Notes: a model not told the origin generated them from the letters alone. Numbered from the stretch's first letter, positions 1 through 8,125 are shown. The stretch is DNA of 52,598 nt from an uncultured Dehalococcoidia bacterium (GCA_964443385.1 CAYUCO010000032.1:1-52598); one strand, 5' to 3'. Translations and numbers: made by a program.

Positions 1-171
1 ATTGCACTCCTTGCTGAATCATTGGAAAAAGATCCTGAGTTTTTTGCCTTTAGACGTAGCTTGGAAGCTTACGGTAAAGCCTTGGTAGAAGGTACTACAG
101 TAGTATTATCGTCCGAAAGTGATCTGTTCGGTTATTTAGAAAGTCCCGACAAACCCTCCAATACTAAATAA
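1..171 (+). CDS. SPFH/band-7 protease-modulator protein (HflC/HflK-like), C-terminal fragment; 5' end lies outside the window
   Basis: Frame +1 is open from the window edge to TAA at 169-171. The translated tail is IALLAESLEKDPEFFAFRRSLEAYGKALVEGTTVVLSSESDLFGYLESP. It resembles the conserved HflC/HflK C-terminal pattern (PEFYxFxRSLxAY ... LS.DS.FF.YL). Confidence 0.6.
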   Translation: MALLAESLEKDPEFFAFRRSLEAYGKALVEGTTVVLSSESDLFGYLESPDKPSNTK

Positions 172-256
172 AGCTTCGGACCACCAAAGAGTAATGATAA
201 TGGAAGCGTTATGCGGATCATACTTCCCCACAAAGTTTAGCGTATGAATACATTAT

Positions 257-1036
257 ATGTGTTGGGGGCATAAAATAGACAAAAGCAAACTAAATAATAT
301 CCTCCTTAAAGTCCAAAATGGCGAAATGGAAATCGAAGAGTGTTTACATATTCTCCAAACACTACCTTTCCAAGACCTTGGGTTCGCAAAAGTTGATCAT
401 CATAGAGAGTTACGTACTGGATTCCCTGAAGTCATTTATTGTCCAGGAAAAACACCTGAGCAAGTATTGGCAATAGCAACGGCGATGCTAGATAAGACCT
501 CCCGCATAATGATCAGCAGAGCTGAAACAGAAATTTATAATTATGTAAAAAACCACATTCCTGAAGCTGAATACAACCAAACCGCCAAATATATAACCAT
601 TGGACATCCACCGACCGAAGACCTAAGGAAGGGACTTACAGTAGTTGCAGCTGGAACATCGGATCTTCCAGTTGCCGAAGAAGCTGCAGTAATCGCCGAA
701 TTTATGGGGTGCAAAGTTGAAAGAATCTGGGATGTAGGTATAGCAGGATTACATAGACTAATATCTAAATTAGAAACTCTTCAAAACTCGAATGTGATCG
801 TGGTCGTGGCAGGAATGGAAGGTGCCCTGCCCAGTCTAGTAGCAGGGTTGGTATCTGCCCCTGTAATAGCAGTTCCTACCAGTGTGGGCTATGGTGCTAA
901 TTTTGAAGGCCTATCAGCGCTTCTCACTATGTTGAATTCCTGCAGTACAGGAATAGCAGTTGTAAATATCGATAATGGATTCGGTGCGGGGTACATGGCC
1001 GCGACCATTAATCTTTCAATCACAAGACCTAAATAA
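257..1036 (+). CDS. larB: LarB-type nickel-pincer cofactor biosynthesis protein (PurE/AIR-carboxylase-like)
   Basis: 259-aa ORF. An N-terminal helical segment is followed by a PurE-like fold (VVAAGTSDLPVAEEA, VVVAGMEGALPSLVAG, VGYGANFEGLSALL), typical of LarB. Confidence 0.75.
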   Translation: MCWGHKIDKSKLNNILLKVQNGEMEIEECLHILQTLPFQDLGFAKVDHHRELRTGFPEVIYCPGKTPEQVLAIATAMLDKTSRIMISRAETEIYNYVKNHIPEAEYNQTAKYITIGHPPTEDLRKGLTVVAAGTSDLPVAEEAAVIAEFMGCKVERIWDVGIAGLHRLISKLETLQNSNVIVVVAGMEGALPSLVAGLVSAPVIAVPTSVGYGANFEGLSALLTMLNSCSTGIAVVNIDNGFGAGYMAATINLSITRPK

Positions 1037-1074
1037 AAAGAGAGCCCTAATCTTATGTTAGGAACTCTCTCTTT
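1036..1074. terminator. Imperfect hairpin between convergent larB and cytochrome c genes (possible bidirectional terminator)
   Basis: Two stem segments: 1039-1044 pairs with 1065-1070, and 1046-1050 pairs with 1058-1062. The loop is 7 nt. An A-run lies upstream and a short T-run downstream. Confidence 0.4.
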
Positions 1075-1096
1075 AAAGGTTGAAAATAATGCGAGA

Positions 1097-1606
1097 CTAC
1101 TTAAGAGACTTTATGTAATCAGTGATCGCAGCTATCTCTTCGTCACTAACCGGTAAAACTGGCATTAATGGTTGATAGCCTTTTGTTATTTTGACGGTAG
1201 GATTCAGTATGGATTCCTTTATATAAGCGTCGTCTACAGTTACGGTAGATCCATCCTCTAATGCTTCCTGTGACCCATACAAACCCTTCCAAGACGGTCC
1301 TATTATAGCAGTTCCGTCTATACTATGGCATGCCACACACCCTTTACTGACGGACAGTTCCTGTCCAGAAGCAGTACCTGTGCCTGACGAAGAGGAATCG
1401 GTTGGTTCAGCAGTATCAGCAACTGGGGCTTGGGTTGGATCTGCAGTTGGTGCTGCAGTTGGTGCGGACGTGGCAGCCGGAGCTGGAGCACTAGTAGCAG
1501 CCGGTTCAGTCGCTTTTGTCGGAACGGTCGTATTATCACCTCCACATGCTAAAGACGACACTACTATTACTAACAACAAACTTGATAAGATAAAAATCTT
1601 GTTCAC
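1097..1606 (-). CDS. Membrane-anchored (lipoprotein-type) class I c-type cytochrome with a Pro/Ala/Thr-rich linker
   Basis: GTG start 4 nt after AGGAGG. The signal peptide ends in SSLAC (lipobox-like). The linker is ATSAPAPAATSAPTAAPTADPTQAP. The heme motif CVACH is at 1325-1339, with a distal Met in QPLMP. Confidence 0.8.
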   Translation of the reverse strand: MNKIFILSSLLLVIVVSSLACGGDNTTVPTKATEPAATSAPAPAATSAPTAAPTADPTQAPVADTAEPTDSSSSGTGTASGQELSVSKGCVACHSIDGTAIIGPSWKGLYGSQEALEDGSTVTVDDAYIKESILNPTVKITKGYQPLMPVLPVSDEEIAAITDYIKSLK

Positions 1607-1856
1607 TTATCCTCCTATTAAAGCGCGGTCAATCTTGAATGAACCATAAAGATCATGCACAATCCACGCTGCAAGTGAGTCTATCATAGTGATAAGGTTA
1701 GTTCAACTCTTCACAAAGTCGACATCAGTGTTGAATATGACCCTAAAACTGCTTGTTATTAATTATTTAACATATTTGTAACTATTACGTAACATCATCG
1801 GAATAGAGTAGGTGCATTATTATTACAAAATACTGCTAAGGTAGGAGGTTATGCAT

Positions 1857-3068
1857 ATGGATTCAGGAAGTATAGCGTGGATGTTGACCGCATCAGCTCT
1901 TGTGTTGTTAATGACACCAGGACTGGCTTTCTTCTACGGAGGCCTAGTCAGAGCCAAAAACGTGGTCAGTACCATAATGTATAGTTTTATTGCAATGGCT
2001 GTAGCAACCGTAGTTTGGATATTGTGGGGTTACAGTCTAGCGTTCGGACCTGGAGGAGCCTATATAGGAAACTTTGATTTTATAGGCTTGAGCAACATTC
2101 CTTTCGATGAAGAAAGTGGCGGTATACCAACGCTGCTATTTGTGGTATTCCAAGGAATGTTCGCTATCATAACGCCTGCACTTATTACTGGTGCCTTCGT
2201 AGAAAGGTTTAAGTTTAGTACATACTTAGTGTTCCTTGTACTATGGTTAACACTAGTATATGCCCCAATTTGCCATTGGGTCTGGGCAGGAGACGGTTGG
2301 TTATTTAATGATGGTGCACTGGACTTTGCAGGCGGTACCGTAGTTCACATAAATGCAGGTGTAGCAGCTGTAGCGGCTGCAATAATGGTTGGTAAACGAA
2401 GAAACCCAGGATTAGAACCACATAACGTTCCTTATGTTGTATTAGGTGCTGGTCTCCTGTGGTTTGGTTGGTTCGGATTCAACGCAGGATCTGAGTTAGC
2501 CGCTGACGCAAGAGCAGTTAGTGCATTTGTAGTCACTAATGCTGCAGCTGCAACATCAGCTCTCACTTGGGGTCTCATATCCCACTTTAGGACTGGAAAG
2601 ATGAGTGCGGTAGGTGTGGCTACAGGTGCAGTAGCCGGTCTAGTTGCCATAACTCCGGCTTCTGGTTTTGTAGGTGTAATGGGAGCACTTGCCATTGGTT
2701 TCGCAGCAGGCTCAATATGTTTGTTCGCCGTAGATATAATTAAGGGCATGGGCCTTGACGATGCTCTAGATGTTTTCGCAGTTCATGGACTTGGAGGAAT
2801 AATTGGAGCACTATTAACTGGAGTGTTCGCAGTTGAGGCTATCGGCGGAACCGCAGGAGTTATAGAGGGCAATGCCGGAATCATGGGAATACAGATCATT
2901 GGAGTAGTAGCCACATTGGTATATTCTTTAGTAGTTACTCTTGCCATATTATTCATACTGGACAAGATACCTGGATTAGGTCTGAGGGTTAGTGAAACAG
3001 AAGAGGATAATGGGCTCGATATTTCTGCTCATGGTGAGCGGGCCTTCGTAAGAGATGGTGCTGATTAA
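1857..3068 (+). CDS. amt: Ammonium transporter (Amt family)
   Basis: The N-terminus TASALVLLMTPGLAFFYGGLVRAKNV and downstream Amt motifs (DFAGGTVVHINAG, GFNAGS) are present. AGGAGG at 1843-1848 favours the ATG at 1857. The ORF-track start at 1851 is only 2 nt from the SD. Confidence 0.9.
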   Translation: MDSGSIAWMLTASALVLLMTPGLAFFYGGLVRAKNVVSTIMYSFIAMAVATVVWILWGYSLAFGPGGAYIGNFDFIGLSNIPFDEESGGIPTLLFVVFQGMFAIITPALITGAFVERFKFSTYLVFLVLWLTLVYAPICHWVWAGDGWLFNDGALDFAGGTVVHINAGVAAVAAAIMVGKRRNPGLEPHNVPYVVLGAGLLWFGWFGFNAGSELAADARAVSAFVVTNAAAATSALTWGLISHFRTGKMSAVGVATGAVAGLVAITPASGFVGVMGALAIGFAAGSICLFAVDIIKGMGLDDALDVFAVHGLGGIIGALLTGVFAVEAIGGTAGVIEGNAGIMGIQIIGVVATLVYSLVVTLAILFILDKIPGLGLRVSETEEDNGLDISAHGERAFVRDGAD

Positions 3069-3120
3069 TCTAAACAAATTTGTAATCCACCTAATTGCCG
3101 ATGGAAGGGAGTACTGAGGT

Positions 3121-3474
3121 ATGATTAAGATAGAGATAATTGTTAGACCTGAACGAATAGGGGGAGTGACAGAAGCATTGGATGCATCTGGCTGCACCGG
3201 GTACTACTATGCCAATATAACTGGACAAGGTAGGCAAGGAGGAGTGGAGGTAATTACAGGAAGAGGCGGTCAAACTACTACAAAGTCAGCAGTGCCAAAA
3301 ACGTTGATAACAACTGTGGTTGATGAATCAATTGTAGATAAAGTAATTGATGCCGTAATAGAGGCTGCTAGAACTCCAAACGGAGGCAATATTGGAGATG
3401 GGAAAATATTCGTCTCACCTGTAACGGACGTAGTAAGAGTAAGTAGTGGAGAAAGAGGACAGGTGGCTATGTAA
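3121..3474 (+). CDS. glnK: P-II nitrogen regulatory protein, amt-linked (GlnK-like, divergent T-loop)
   Basis: 117 aa, directly downstream of amt. The P-II core is present (IEIIVRP, GQGRQ, GDGKIFVSPV, RVSSGERG). The T-loop is atypical (see findings). Confidence 0.85.
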   Translation: MIKIEIIVRPERIGGVTEALDASGCTGYYYANITGQGRQGGVEVITGRGGQTTTKSAVPKTLITTVVDESIVDKVIDAVIEAARTPNGGNIGDGKIFVSPVTDVVRVSSGERGQVAM

Positions 3475-3499
3475 GCCATTTTTCCAAATGTTTGCAAGT

Positions 3500-3549
3500 A
3501 AAACAGGAACCCGATGTCGGATGATTTTCCGTTACCGGGTTCCTGTTTT
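3500..3549. terminator. Bidirectional rho-independent terminator between convergent glnK and GT2 genes
   Basis: Perfect 14-bp stem: AAAACAGGAACCCG (3500-3513) pairs with CGGGTTCCTGTTTT (3536-3549). The A-tract and T-tract form the outer ends of the stem, and Ts continue downstream. Confidence 0.75.
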
Positions 3550-3564
3550 TGTGTTTAATCTATG

Positions 3565-4275
3565 TCATTTATAGATCTTTTTGACTAACCGAAGTTGGAA
3601 ACACAGTTTTATAAACAATATAATTTCATGAACAGACGCCTTGGAGTTACCAAACCTACGGTCAGTGAATACTATCGGGTATTCTTTTATATTGGCACTA
3701 GGACTCTTAGCTACTATTTCAAGTAACAATTTAAACCCTTTTGGGCTCAAATCAGGCAATAGTTCCATTATATGATCTCTTTTAAAAGCTGCGAAGCCTG
3801 CAGTAAGATCCCGTATACTTAGACCAACTATCGAACGTCCTACTGCCGAAGCCGTTACACTTACAATTCTTCTCCATAAAGGCCAATTACAAACACCTCC
3901 ACCATCGACATATCTTGATCCAATCACTATGTCATGATTACTGAGTTCCAATAACATATCCGGTAAATACTTCGGATCGTGAGACAAATCTGCATCCATC
4001 ATCACTAAATAGTCTCCGTCAGAGTGATCAAATCCGGCCACTACTGCACTTCCCAACCCCAACTTACCAGGCCTTTCAATCAGGTTAATACGATGATCTT
4101 TATAAGATAATTCAGTCACTAGCATTCCTGTTCCATCTGGGCTTGAATCATCCACAACTATTATTTGGTAGTGCCATTTACCTCCCAACACTTCCTCTAT
4201 GGCCTTGACCACAATCGGCACATTATCACGTTCGTTATATGTGGGAATTATTATAGATACTTTCTTCTTTTGCAT
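3565..4275 (-). CDS. GT2-family polyprenol/dolichol-phosphate mannosyltransferase (Ppm1/Dpm1-like)
   Basis: N-terminal GT-A signature VSIIIPTYNERDN, plus VVDDSSPDGT and MDADLSHDP (DxD). The 236-aa size is typical of Ppm1/Dpm1. Confidence 0.75.
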   Translation of the reverse strand: MQKKKVSIIIPTYNERDNVPIVVKAIEEVLGGKWHYQIIVVDDSSPDGTGMLVTELSYKDHRINLIERPGKLGLGSAVVAGFDHSDGDYLVMMDADLSHDPKYLPDMLLELSNHDIVIGSRYVDGGGVCNWPLWRRIVSVTASAVGRSIVGLSIRDLTAGFAAFKRDHIMELLPDLSPKGFKLLLEIVAKSPSANIKEYPIVFTDRRFGNSKASVHEIILFIKLCFQLRLVKKIYK

Positions 4276-4296
4276 GTTCCTAAAACACGAGCCAAT

Positions 4297-4653
4297 TCAA
4301 CAGCTTCTACAACAAAACTTCTTACGATTATTTGCTATAAATCTATATATTTTATTGCCCATTTTGTCAACTCCCGGAATCCATATCAAAGGTGTTAAAG
4401 GAATCAAAGGTATCAATGTGGTTATCAATTTTCTGACTGCATTAAATCCCGAGAAGTAATTGTTTTTAGAATCGACCATATGGACCTCAAGCTCGAATTG
4501 TTCCAATTGGCAACCAGATGGCATTTCATTAAGGTTTTGGTATGGTACGAATCTAATCCGCTTCATAATGTCTGCCATCGCTATCAAGGTCATTGAGGTT
4601 CTACACAAAAAACAATTGCCGTCATAGTAGATCGTAAAGTGATCATTAAACAT
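4297..4653 (-). CDS. DCC-family (DUF393) putative thiol-disulfide oxidoreductase
   Basis: The N-terminal motif YYDGNCFLC matches the family DxxCxxC signature. The ATG at 4653 shares one nt with the sodX stop. An alternative TTG start lies at 4656. Confidence 0.65.
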   Translation of the reverse strand: MFNDHFTIYYDGNCFLCRTSMTLIAMADIMKRIRFVPYQNLNEMPSGCQLEQFELEVHMVDSKNNYFSGFNAVRKLITTLIPLIPLTPLIWIPGVDKMGNKIYRFIANNRKKFCCRSC

Positions 4654-5123
4654 CAAGAATCCAGCCTCTTAAATCCATAAACCGATGATCTAACCATCCA
4701 CACCCTAGCAACAATCCTACCACGTGAAATAGGTCCGTATTTACGACTATCAGTGCTAAGATTAGGGTTATCACTCATCAAAAAATACTCCCGGTCAGCC
4801 AACAACCAATTCTTTCTACCGACATCACCAGAAATGTCAGCTATATCATCAGAAACTCTATGACCATTCACAGATATTTCATTATTAACTAAACAGATTT
4901 CGTCGTGTGGTCCAGCTATTATTCTTTTTATCGCGAGGGTTCCAATATCTGTGGGTTCTATAACAATCACAATATTCCCCACAACAGGTTGTTTAGATAA
5001 AATATTAAATCTCTCAGCATAAATGACATCGTTAGGCTTTATACCTGGCCACATACTATAACCTTCAACTGTCATTTTTACAGATAGGAATTTTTTAATG
5101 AAAAAATGTATTTTTCTGATCAT
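4653..5123 (-). CDS. sodX: S26 signal-peptidase-like Ni-SOD maturation protease
   Basis: S26 catalytic motifs are present: GYSMWP (Ser), KRI (Lys) and SDNPNLSTDSRKYGPI. The gene is divergent from and adjacent to sodN. Confidence 0.75.
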   Translation of the reverse strand: MIRKIHFFIKKFLSVKMTVEGYSMWPGIKPNDVIYAERFNILSKQPVVGNIVIVIEPTDIGTLAIKRIIAGPHDEICLVNNEISVNGHRVSDDIADISGDVGRKNWLLADREYFLMSDNPNLSTDSRKYGPISRGRIVARVWMVRSSVYGFKRLDS

Positions 5124-5276
5124 GATTAGTTATAAATTAATATAACACTAATACAAGGATTCAAAAAATACACTTTTAACTATCTGAAAACTAGCAAATA
5201 TTACATTGACCTCTTGGCATCACAGGATCATTCCTTTAGACTATACATAATTAAATATTGTGCCAGGAGGTATGAA

Positions 5277-5756
5277 GTGAATATATTGCAGAGAACAATA
5301 AGCACCCTAATGTCTAATAGAGAACATGCTAAAGTGCATGCACATTGCGATATCCCATGTGGTATCTACGATCCGATTTTAGCCAAAATAGCCGCCCAAA
5401 CAGTGCTAAAAATGGCAGTACGGCTAGAAGCAGTTGAAATACCGGCTAAAGACATTTCAACCCCTAACACTGTCACTCGGTATATTGCAGTCAAAGAAGA
5501 GCACGCTCAACTTGTTAAAAGTGAATTGAATACGCTTTGGTCTGACTATTTCAAACCTGAGCACTTAGAAAAATATCCTAGCCTCCACGAACTTTTCTGG
5601 AACGCCAACAAATTGGCTGGAGCTAACAAACAGGGAGTAAGCTCATCTTCTGCCAAACAACTGGTAGAGTCAGTTGACGCAATTGCAACAATATTCTGGG
5701 CGACCAAGGGAGTAGACTACACCGATTCCGTAGCAGACACCCGCTACGGCAGTTAA
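5277..5756 (+). CDS. sodN: Nickel superoxide dismutase precursor
   Basis: The Ni-hook HCDIPCGIYDP starts at 5343 and is preceded by a short propeptide ending in VHA. The GTG at 5277 lies 6 nt after AGGAGG. Alternative starts are ATG 5310 and TTG 5214 (ORF track). Confidence 0.9.
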   Translation: MNILQRTISTLMSNREHAKVHAHCDIPCGIYDPILAKIAAQTVLKMAVRLEAVEIPAKDISTPNTVTRYIAVKEEHAQLVKSELNTLWSDYFKPEHLEKYPSLHELFWNANKLAGANKQGVSSSSAKQLVESVDAIATIFWATKGVDYTDSVADTRYGS

Positions 5757-5774
5757 AAACTGGACGCTTTTAAT

Positions 5775-5828
5775 ATAATTGGCACTACCACATTGTTCTA
5801 CATTGGAGATGTGTGTAGTGCCAATTAT
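5775..5828. repeat. Large inverted repeat / stem-loop downstream of sodN
   Basis: ATAATTGGCACTAC (5775-5788) is the perfect reverse complement of GTAGTGCCAATTAT (5815-5828). With one bulge the stem extends by 3-4 bp. No U-tract follows. Confidence 0.7.
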
Positions 5829-5880
5829 GCTCTAAGAAACAAAAAATCATCATCCCTCAAAACTATGATAAAATAATGCC

Positions 5881-6762
5881 ATGCATTTAAACGGTTTCGA
5901 TTTAGAACTACCGATCCCCAAACTAAAAAGACCACATGCGTTTGTGACTCTAAGACCTTGGATTGACGTGGGCAGCGTTGGACGACTCGCTTTCAGAACT
6001 TTAGAGCGTCATTTTGAAGCAAAAGACTTGGCAAAATTGTCTCGACCTGGGATATTCTTCGACTTTACTCGCTACAGACCAAACATATACACGTTGGACG
6101 GCAAAAGAGAAGTTACAGTACCAAACGTTAATGTTCGTTATGCCATAGGGCCGGGAGAAAATGACTTTATATTTCTACATTTACTAGAACCTCACTTAAA
6201 CGGCGAGACATACGTTAAATGCGTGGTTCAATTACTTAAACATCTTCAGGTGGAACGTTATTGCCTATTAGGATCTATGTACGATCTAGTGCCTCACACA
6301 AAACCAATATTAGTCACAGGATCATCTAATAATGAGGAAACTTCGGATCGAGTAAAAACATACGGGGTCAACTCGAGTAACTACGAAGGCCCTACAAGTA
6401 TAATCACCACAATTAACCAATATTTAAATAAAGTCGGCATTGAGACAATGGGACTGATAGCCCACCTACCTCAATACGCTCAAACCGAGGTAAATCATGC
6501 TGGCAGACTCAGATTATTGAACATAATATGCGAGCTTTACGGTTTTTCAATGGATCTGGGAAGAATTGCCCTTAGAGCTAAGCAGCAAAACGATGAATTA
6601 TCTGCTGCGATGGATCAAAGCCCTGAAGTTAAAGCTTTAGTAGAACAACTCGAACTTCAATACGACAAAAGATTAAATAAAGACGAAGACAATGATTATG
6701 AGTTGTCGCCTGAAATTGAAGACTTCCTGGATGAGCTGGGTAATCAATTTAGCCAGAATTGA
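5881..6762 (+). CDS. PAC2 (proteasome assembly chaperone 2-like) family protein with acidic C-terminal tail
   Basis: 293 aa. The overall pattern (RPWIDVGSVG ... LLGSMYDLVPHTKP ... YEGPTSI ... AHLPQY) fits PAC2-family proteins. The assignment is by recollection of the family, not by search. Confidence 0.6.
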   Translation: MHLNGFDLELPIPKLKRPHAFVTLRPWIDVGSVGRLAFRTLERHFEAKDLAKLSRPGIFFDFTRYRPNIYTLDGKREVTVPNVNVRYAIGPGENDFIFLHLLEPHLNGETYVKCVVQLLKHLQVERYCLLGSMYDLVPHTKPILVTGSSNNEETSDRVKTYGVNSSNYEGPTSIITTINQYLNKVGIETMGLIAHLPQYAQTEVNHAGRLRLLNIICELYGFSMDLGRIALRAKQQNDELSAAMDQSPEVKALVEQLELQYDKRLNKDEDNDYELSPEIEDFLDELGNQFSQN

Positions 6763-6793
6763 AGTATCTCAACAAAATCATATGGGCCGATTT

Positions 6794-8125
6794 TTAACGA
6801 AACATGCCTGGCATACCGCCAGGCATTTTACCTGAGGATATTTGTTTCATCATTTTCTTCATTTGACGGAACTGGTTCAAAAGTTGATTGACCTGTTGAG
6901 CTGATGTGCCACTACCTAATGCTATTCTTCTCCTCCGACTACCATTGAGTATATCAGGATTACGCCTTTCACCTGGCGTCATAGAATAAACTATTGCCTC
7001 TACCGATTTCATCGAATCTCCATTCATGTCTTGTTGAGACATTTTGCTGGATATCGAAGAAAAACCTGGTATCATTTCGAGTATTTGACTGAACGGACCC
7101 ATTTTCTTAATTTGTTGAATTTGCTCCAAAAAATCTTCGAGATCGAATGTTGCTTTTCTAATTTTGTTCTCCATATCCTTCATGCGTTCTTCTGATATGG
7201 TTTCTTGTGCTCTTTCAACCAGTGTTACAACATCACCCATTCCCAATATTCTGGAAGCTAAACGATCTGGGTGAAATAATTCTATATCATCAATACCTTC
7301 ACCAATGCCAATAAATTTTATTGGTGTCCCTGTAACTTTGTTAATGGATAGAGCCGCTCCCCCTCGTGCATCTCCATCTAGTTTAGTCATGATCACACCA
7401 GTCAGTCCAATAAGATCATGGAAGCTTTGAGCAGAATTCACGGCGTCCTGCCCTGTCATGGAGTCTACCACCAATAATGTCTCAATGGGATCAGCGCAAT
7501 CCCTGATCAATCTTAGTTCTTCCATCATCTCTTCATCAACATGAAGACGACCTGCTGTATCCAGTATCACCCAGGAATAATCACTGCTTTGAGCTCTTTT
7601 AATAGCGTTTTTACATATGTCTACTGGGTCATCTGTTTCTTTCTGACTGTAAACCGTTACTCCTAATTTTTGCCCTAAAACTTCAAGCTGGTCAATCGCT
7701 GCAGGTCTATGAACATCACACGCAACAAGTAAAGGTTTTTGCCCATTCTTGTTCAAAAAATTAGCAATTTTAGCGGATGTCGTGGTTTTCCCAGAGCCCT
7801 GTAATCCCACTAACATCAAAATGGAAGGTGCTTTGTCAGAATTTATCAATTTAGAAGATCCAGAACCCAAAATATTAACTAATTCATCGTTAACTATTTT
7901 CACCACTTGTTGTCCAGGGCTGATACTCTTTAGTAGATCTGAGCCAACTGCTTTGACGCGAATGTTTTCAATAAATTCCCTCACAACTCTAAAATTCACA
8001 TCTGCTTCGAGCAAAGCGAGCCTGATTTCCTTTAGAGTTTCCTCTATATCTCTTTCACTGATTCTGCCCTTAGAGGATATTTTATTGAAAATTGTAATCA
8101 GTTTTTGAGACAGAGATTCAAACAT
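6794..8125 (-). CDS. ffh: Signal recognition particle protein Ffh
   Basis: GTPase motifs GLQGSGKTTT, DTAGR and TKLDGD are present. The M-domain and tail are Met-rich (GKMPGGMPGMF). SD GAGGGG lies 8 nt upstream. Confidence 0.95.
   Translation of the reverse strand: MFESLSQKLITIFNKISSKGRISERDIEETLKEIRLALLEADVNFRVVREFIENIRVKAVGSDLLKSISPGQQVVKIVNDELVNILGSGSSKLINSDKAPSILMLVGLQGSGKTTTSAKIANFLNKNGQKPLLVACDVHRPAAIDQLEVLGQKLGVTVYSQKETDDPVDICKNAIKRAQSSDYSWVILDTAGRLHVDEEMMEELRLIRDCADPIETLLVVDSMTGQDAVNSAQSFHDLIGLTGVIMTKLDGDARGGAALSINKVTGTPIKFIGIGEGIDDIELFHPDRLASRILGMGDVVTLVERAQETISEERMKDMENKIRKATFDLEDFLEQIQQIKKMGPFSQILEMIPGFSSISSKMSQQDMNGDSMKSVEAIVYSMTPGERRNPDILNGSRRRRIALGSGTSAQQVNQLLNQFRQMKKMMKQISSGKMPGGMPGMFR

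Noticed and set aside
1318-1649. Two ORFs (75 aa on the - strand, 89 aa on the + strand) overlapping the cytochrome c gene
   Set aside because: They are by-products of the GC-rich, repetitive Pro/Ala/Thr linker coding region. Their translations are low-complexity (PQL/AVG repeats). The cytochrome c frame has a signal peptide, a CxxCH motif and an SD.
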